From assembly GCA_038109055.1 (NCBI GenBank), contig JAYNIM010000001.1:395365-459364 (forward strand): 64,000 nt of DNA, written 5' to 3'. The notes under the pieces were generated by a model. It did no database searches, was not told where the DNA came from, and saw only the letters and a program-made list of their open reading frames with translations. The position numbers and the translations under genes are program-made. This DNA comes from a bacterium (lineage in GTDB: Bacteria > Margulisbacteria > Marinamargulisbacteria > GCA-2716485 > JAYNIM01). Every line of letters begins with the position of its first letter. Positions within the stretch are counted from its first letter, which is position 1. This document shows, one piece after another, positions 61,724-64,000 of this stretch.

Positions 61724-62348
61724 ACTTTATAAAATTCTCAACTATCTGAATCCCAACCTTTGCACTTTTTTCAGGGTGAAACTGACAACCATATACATTT
61801 TTATTTCTAATAACAGAAGCAAACATATGATTATGGTAACTTGTATTTGCAATTACTTGATTTTGGTTATATAGGTCACAAAAAAAGGAATGAACAAAAT
61901 AAACCTCATCTCCTACTAAATTATCTAGTATATTACCTTCCCATTCAACTCTATTCTTAAGTAAGCGATTCCATCCAATATGTGGCACTTTTTTATCATA
62001 CATGTTATCTTTTTTTTCAAATTTTAATGGTTTAACTACCCCAGAAAATAATGAAAGGCCTTTTGTTTCACCAAATTCCAAACTTTTATCTAACAGCAAT
62101 TGCATCCCTAAACAAATTCCTAATATAGGTACTCCTTTATTTGCTAAGTCTTTTAAGACTATATCTAAACCTCTTTCTTTTAGACCCTTCATACCATCAA
62201 TGAAAGCGCCAACTCCTGGCAAAATAACATGAGAATACTTGGTCATATCAGTAGCTGTATTAATAACTTCATAGTCTAAAGATAAAAAAGACAAAACATT
62301 TTCAATGCTTTTCATATTACTTAACCCGTAATCTATTATTGCTATCAT
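61704..62348 (-). CDS. HisH-like glutamine amidotransferase subunit (WbuY-like)
   Basis: IIDYG, LPGVGAF, LGICLGMQ, VPHIGWN, YFVHS, QFHPEKS. Confidence 0.88.
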   Translation of the reverse strand: MIAIIDYGLSNMKSIENVLSFLSLDYEVINTATDMTKYSHVILPGVGAFIDGMKGLKERGLDIVLKDLANKGVPILGICLGMQLLLDKSLEFGETKGLSLFSGVVKPLKFEKKDNMYDKKVPHIGWNRLLKNRVEWEGNILDNLVGDEVYFVHSFFCDLYNQNQVIANTSYHNHMFASVIRNKNVYGCQFHPEKSAKVGIQIVENFIKFGEKNE

Positions 62349-62350
62349 AA

Positions 62351-63103
62351 TTACTCCGTCTCCATAGATGCTTTCAAATCAGCTATTGATGAAATATTGT
62401 AGTGAAAAATCGAAGCACAAGCTACCGCACTAATTGGAAATTTTTTATAAAGAGAAGAAACATGATCAACTGAACCAGCTCCACCACAGGCAATAACAGG
62501 AATAGGAACTTTTGATGCAATTTTTTCTACTAAATCTTCTTCAAACCCTTTTTTGGTTCCCTCTCTATCAATAGATGTAATTAAAAGTTCTCCCGCACCC
62601 AAATCAACAACTTCTTTTGCCCAATTGATTGCATCTAAATTTGTAGACTCTCTTCCTGTATCTACATAACTCTCCCAAGAGTCACCTTTTTTTTTGGCGT
62701 CAATAGAAACAACAATACATTGGCTTCCAAAACGATTTGCAGCTTCAGATATTAAGTTTGGATTTCGAACAGCTGCAGTATTTATAGCTACTTTATCAGC
62801 ACCTAACCTTAAGACCTTTTCAATATCACCTAAATTTCTCAAGCCTCCACCCACTGTTAAAGGAACAAATAGTTTTTTTGCAACTTTTTCTACGATTAGA
62901 TCAAGACTATTTCTTTCATAAAGACTAGCCACAGCGTCCATAAAAATAATTTCATCTGCACCTTCATTGTAATATTTTTGTGTTAACTCAGTTGGATTAC
63001 CAACTACACGTAAACCTTCGAGATGAATCCCTTTTATAACCGTATCATTTTTAATATCTAATCTAGGTATAATTCTAAAATTTTTAAGTCGTTTGGTAAT
63101 CAT
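62351..63103 (-). CDS. HisF-like cyclase subunit (WbuZ-like)
   Basis: RIIPRLDIK, PLTVGGG, GADKVAINT, FGSQC, TSIDREGT. Confidence 0.88.
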   Translation of the reverse strand: MITKRLKNFRIIPRLDIKNDTVIKGIHLEGLRVVGNPTELTQKYYNEGADEIIFMDAVASLYERNSLDLIVEKVAKKLFVPLTVGGGLRNLGDIEKVLRLGADKVAINTAAVRNPNLISEAANRFGSQCIVVSIDAKKKGDSWESYVDTGRESTNLDAINWAKEVVDLGAGELLITSIDREGTKKGFEEDLVEKIASKVPIPVIACGGAGSVDHVSSLYKKFPISAVACASIFHYNISSIADLKASMETE

Positions 63104-64000
63104 AAAACTCTTTATTTGCCATTTTAATCATTTCTATTTCAGATAATTTTTCAATAATACGCTTGCTTGCTCCACCTTTACCAAAAGGAAAATCTTTTTT
63201 AATATTTTTATTCTCAACTTGACTTATCTTTTGGATTATTTCCTCGTCATCAAAACTGCATGATAATATAGAGTCTAATTGCAATCGTCCAGTTTGTCTA
63301 TTTCCAATATTTATTGTTGGAATACCCATCATGGGAGCTTCTGTCATGCCACTTGATGAATTACCTAACATGCAAAAAGCATTTTTTAATAAGGATATAT
63401 AACGTTTAAAACCTAAAGATTCAACAATCACACATCTTCTATGTTCTAAGTTCAAAAATTCTCTAACTTTATTTCGAATAATCATATTACCAGGATCTGA
63501 ATTTGGCATTGTAAAAATAACTTTGTATTCAGGTAATTTTTTTAACGCATTTAGCACGCTTTCTATTTGCTTTTCAACTAACACAACGCTTGAAGTTTCC
63601 GGATGAAGCGTACAAATTATAAACTCTTTGGGATAAAGCGACAGCCCAAGTTGTTTAGAAAGCTCATCCAACCTCTCTAATTTCAATTTATTAATTACAT
63701 CAACTACTGGCGCACCAAAATTAAAAACTGTATTTGGATGTTCTCCCATTCTTATTAGACGTTCTTTGTAAAACTGGGTTACGGGAAAGTGTAAGGATGC
63801 CATTTTTGAAATAGAGTGTCTAAACCCTTCATCTAATGCCCCTTTAGTGACTTCTCCACCATGAATATGTGCTATAGGGATGTTTAGTGTATATGCAGTA
63901 ATTGCAAGAGCTAATATCTCATATCTATCGCCAAGCAACAGTAACATATCAGGCCTTAGTTCTTGTAAGACAGCAGTGAATTTAACAATACATCTCGCTA
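63084..64000 (-). CDS. Hydrolysing NDP-sugar 2-epimerase (NeuC/LegG-like); 5' end beyond the window
   Basis: Frame stays open to the window end (ARCIVKFTAVLQELRPDMLLLLGDRYE); HIHGGEVTKGALDE, LHPET, PNSD, GNSSSG, GNRQ.GR. Confidence 0.9.
   Translation of the reverse strand, partial: ARCIVKFTAVLQELRPDMLLLLGDRYEILALAITAYTLNIPIAHIHGGEVTKGALDEGFRHSISKMASLHFPVTQFYKERLIRMGEHPNTVFNFGAPVVDVINKLKLERLDELSKQLGLSLYPKEFIICTLHPETSSVVLVEKQIESVLNALKKLPEYKVIFTMPNSDPGNMIIRNKVREFLNLEHRRCVIVESLGFKRYISLLKNAFCMLGNSSSGMTEAPMMGIPTINIGNRQTGRLQLDSILSCSFDDEEIIQKISQVENKNIKKDFPFGKGGASKRIIEKLSEIEMIKMANKEFYDYQTT

Noticed and set aside
2982..62921. Remaining short (60-165 aa) ORFs overlapping longer genes
   Set aside because: Antisense or alternative-frame shadows of well-supported CDSs with no recognisable motifs.
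61704..63103. hisH/hisF as histidine biosynthesis genes
   Set aside because: No other his genes; they are coupled to an N-acetyl sugar amidotransferase, the known LPS-associated paralog context.
1..64000. CRISPR arrays, IS elements/integrases, rRNA, ops/JUMPstart element
   Set aside because: By eye I found no regularly spaced repeats, transposase or recombinase motifs, rRNA sequence or GGCGGTAG site; a computational scan would be more sensitive.

Overview
AT-rich window from a diderm (Gram-negative-type) bacterium; I cannot assign the lineage from the sequence alone. 1-16 kb holds housekeeping and envelope genes: partial ispG, tkt, a PhoD-like phosphatase, DedA-, YccA- and nitrilase-family genes, tRNA-Gly(UCC), a stand-alone atpB, serS, a putative Fur-regulated porin/FMN-binding/PepSY operon, and an operon of two lipoproteins plus a PEGA protein. 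16-64 kb is a very large, mosaic surface-polysaccharide locus (hldD, epimerases, WecA-like initiator, Wzz, Wzy/ligase, Wzx, glycosyltransferases, amidotransferases) with two nonulosonic-acid pathways. The first is neuB-X-neuC-neuA, where X (41445-43298) is a Rieske + metallo-beta-lactamase-fold protein whose motifs match animal CMP-Neu5Ac hydroxylase (CMAH), plus an extra C-terminal CxxC (DUF1858-like) domain. This is a candidate bacterial pathway to N-glycolyl sialic acid (Neu5Gc) and the most striking finding. The second is a legionaminic-acid-like cassette with a WbuX/HisH/HisF amidination trio. Next to it lie a decayed paralogous cassette (amidotransferase, transferase, pseB and SDR remnants) and a CotH/VTC/DUF4956 module. 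All calls come from motif recognition by eye; no searches were run.
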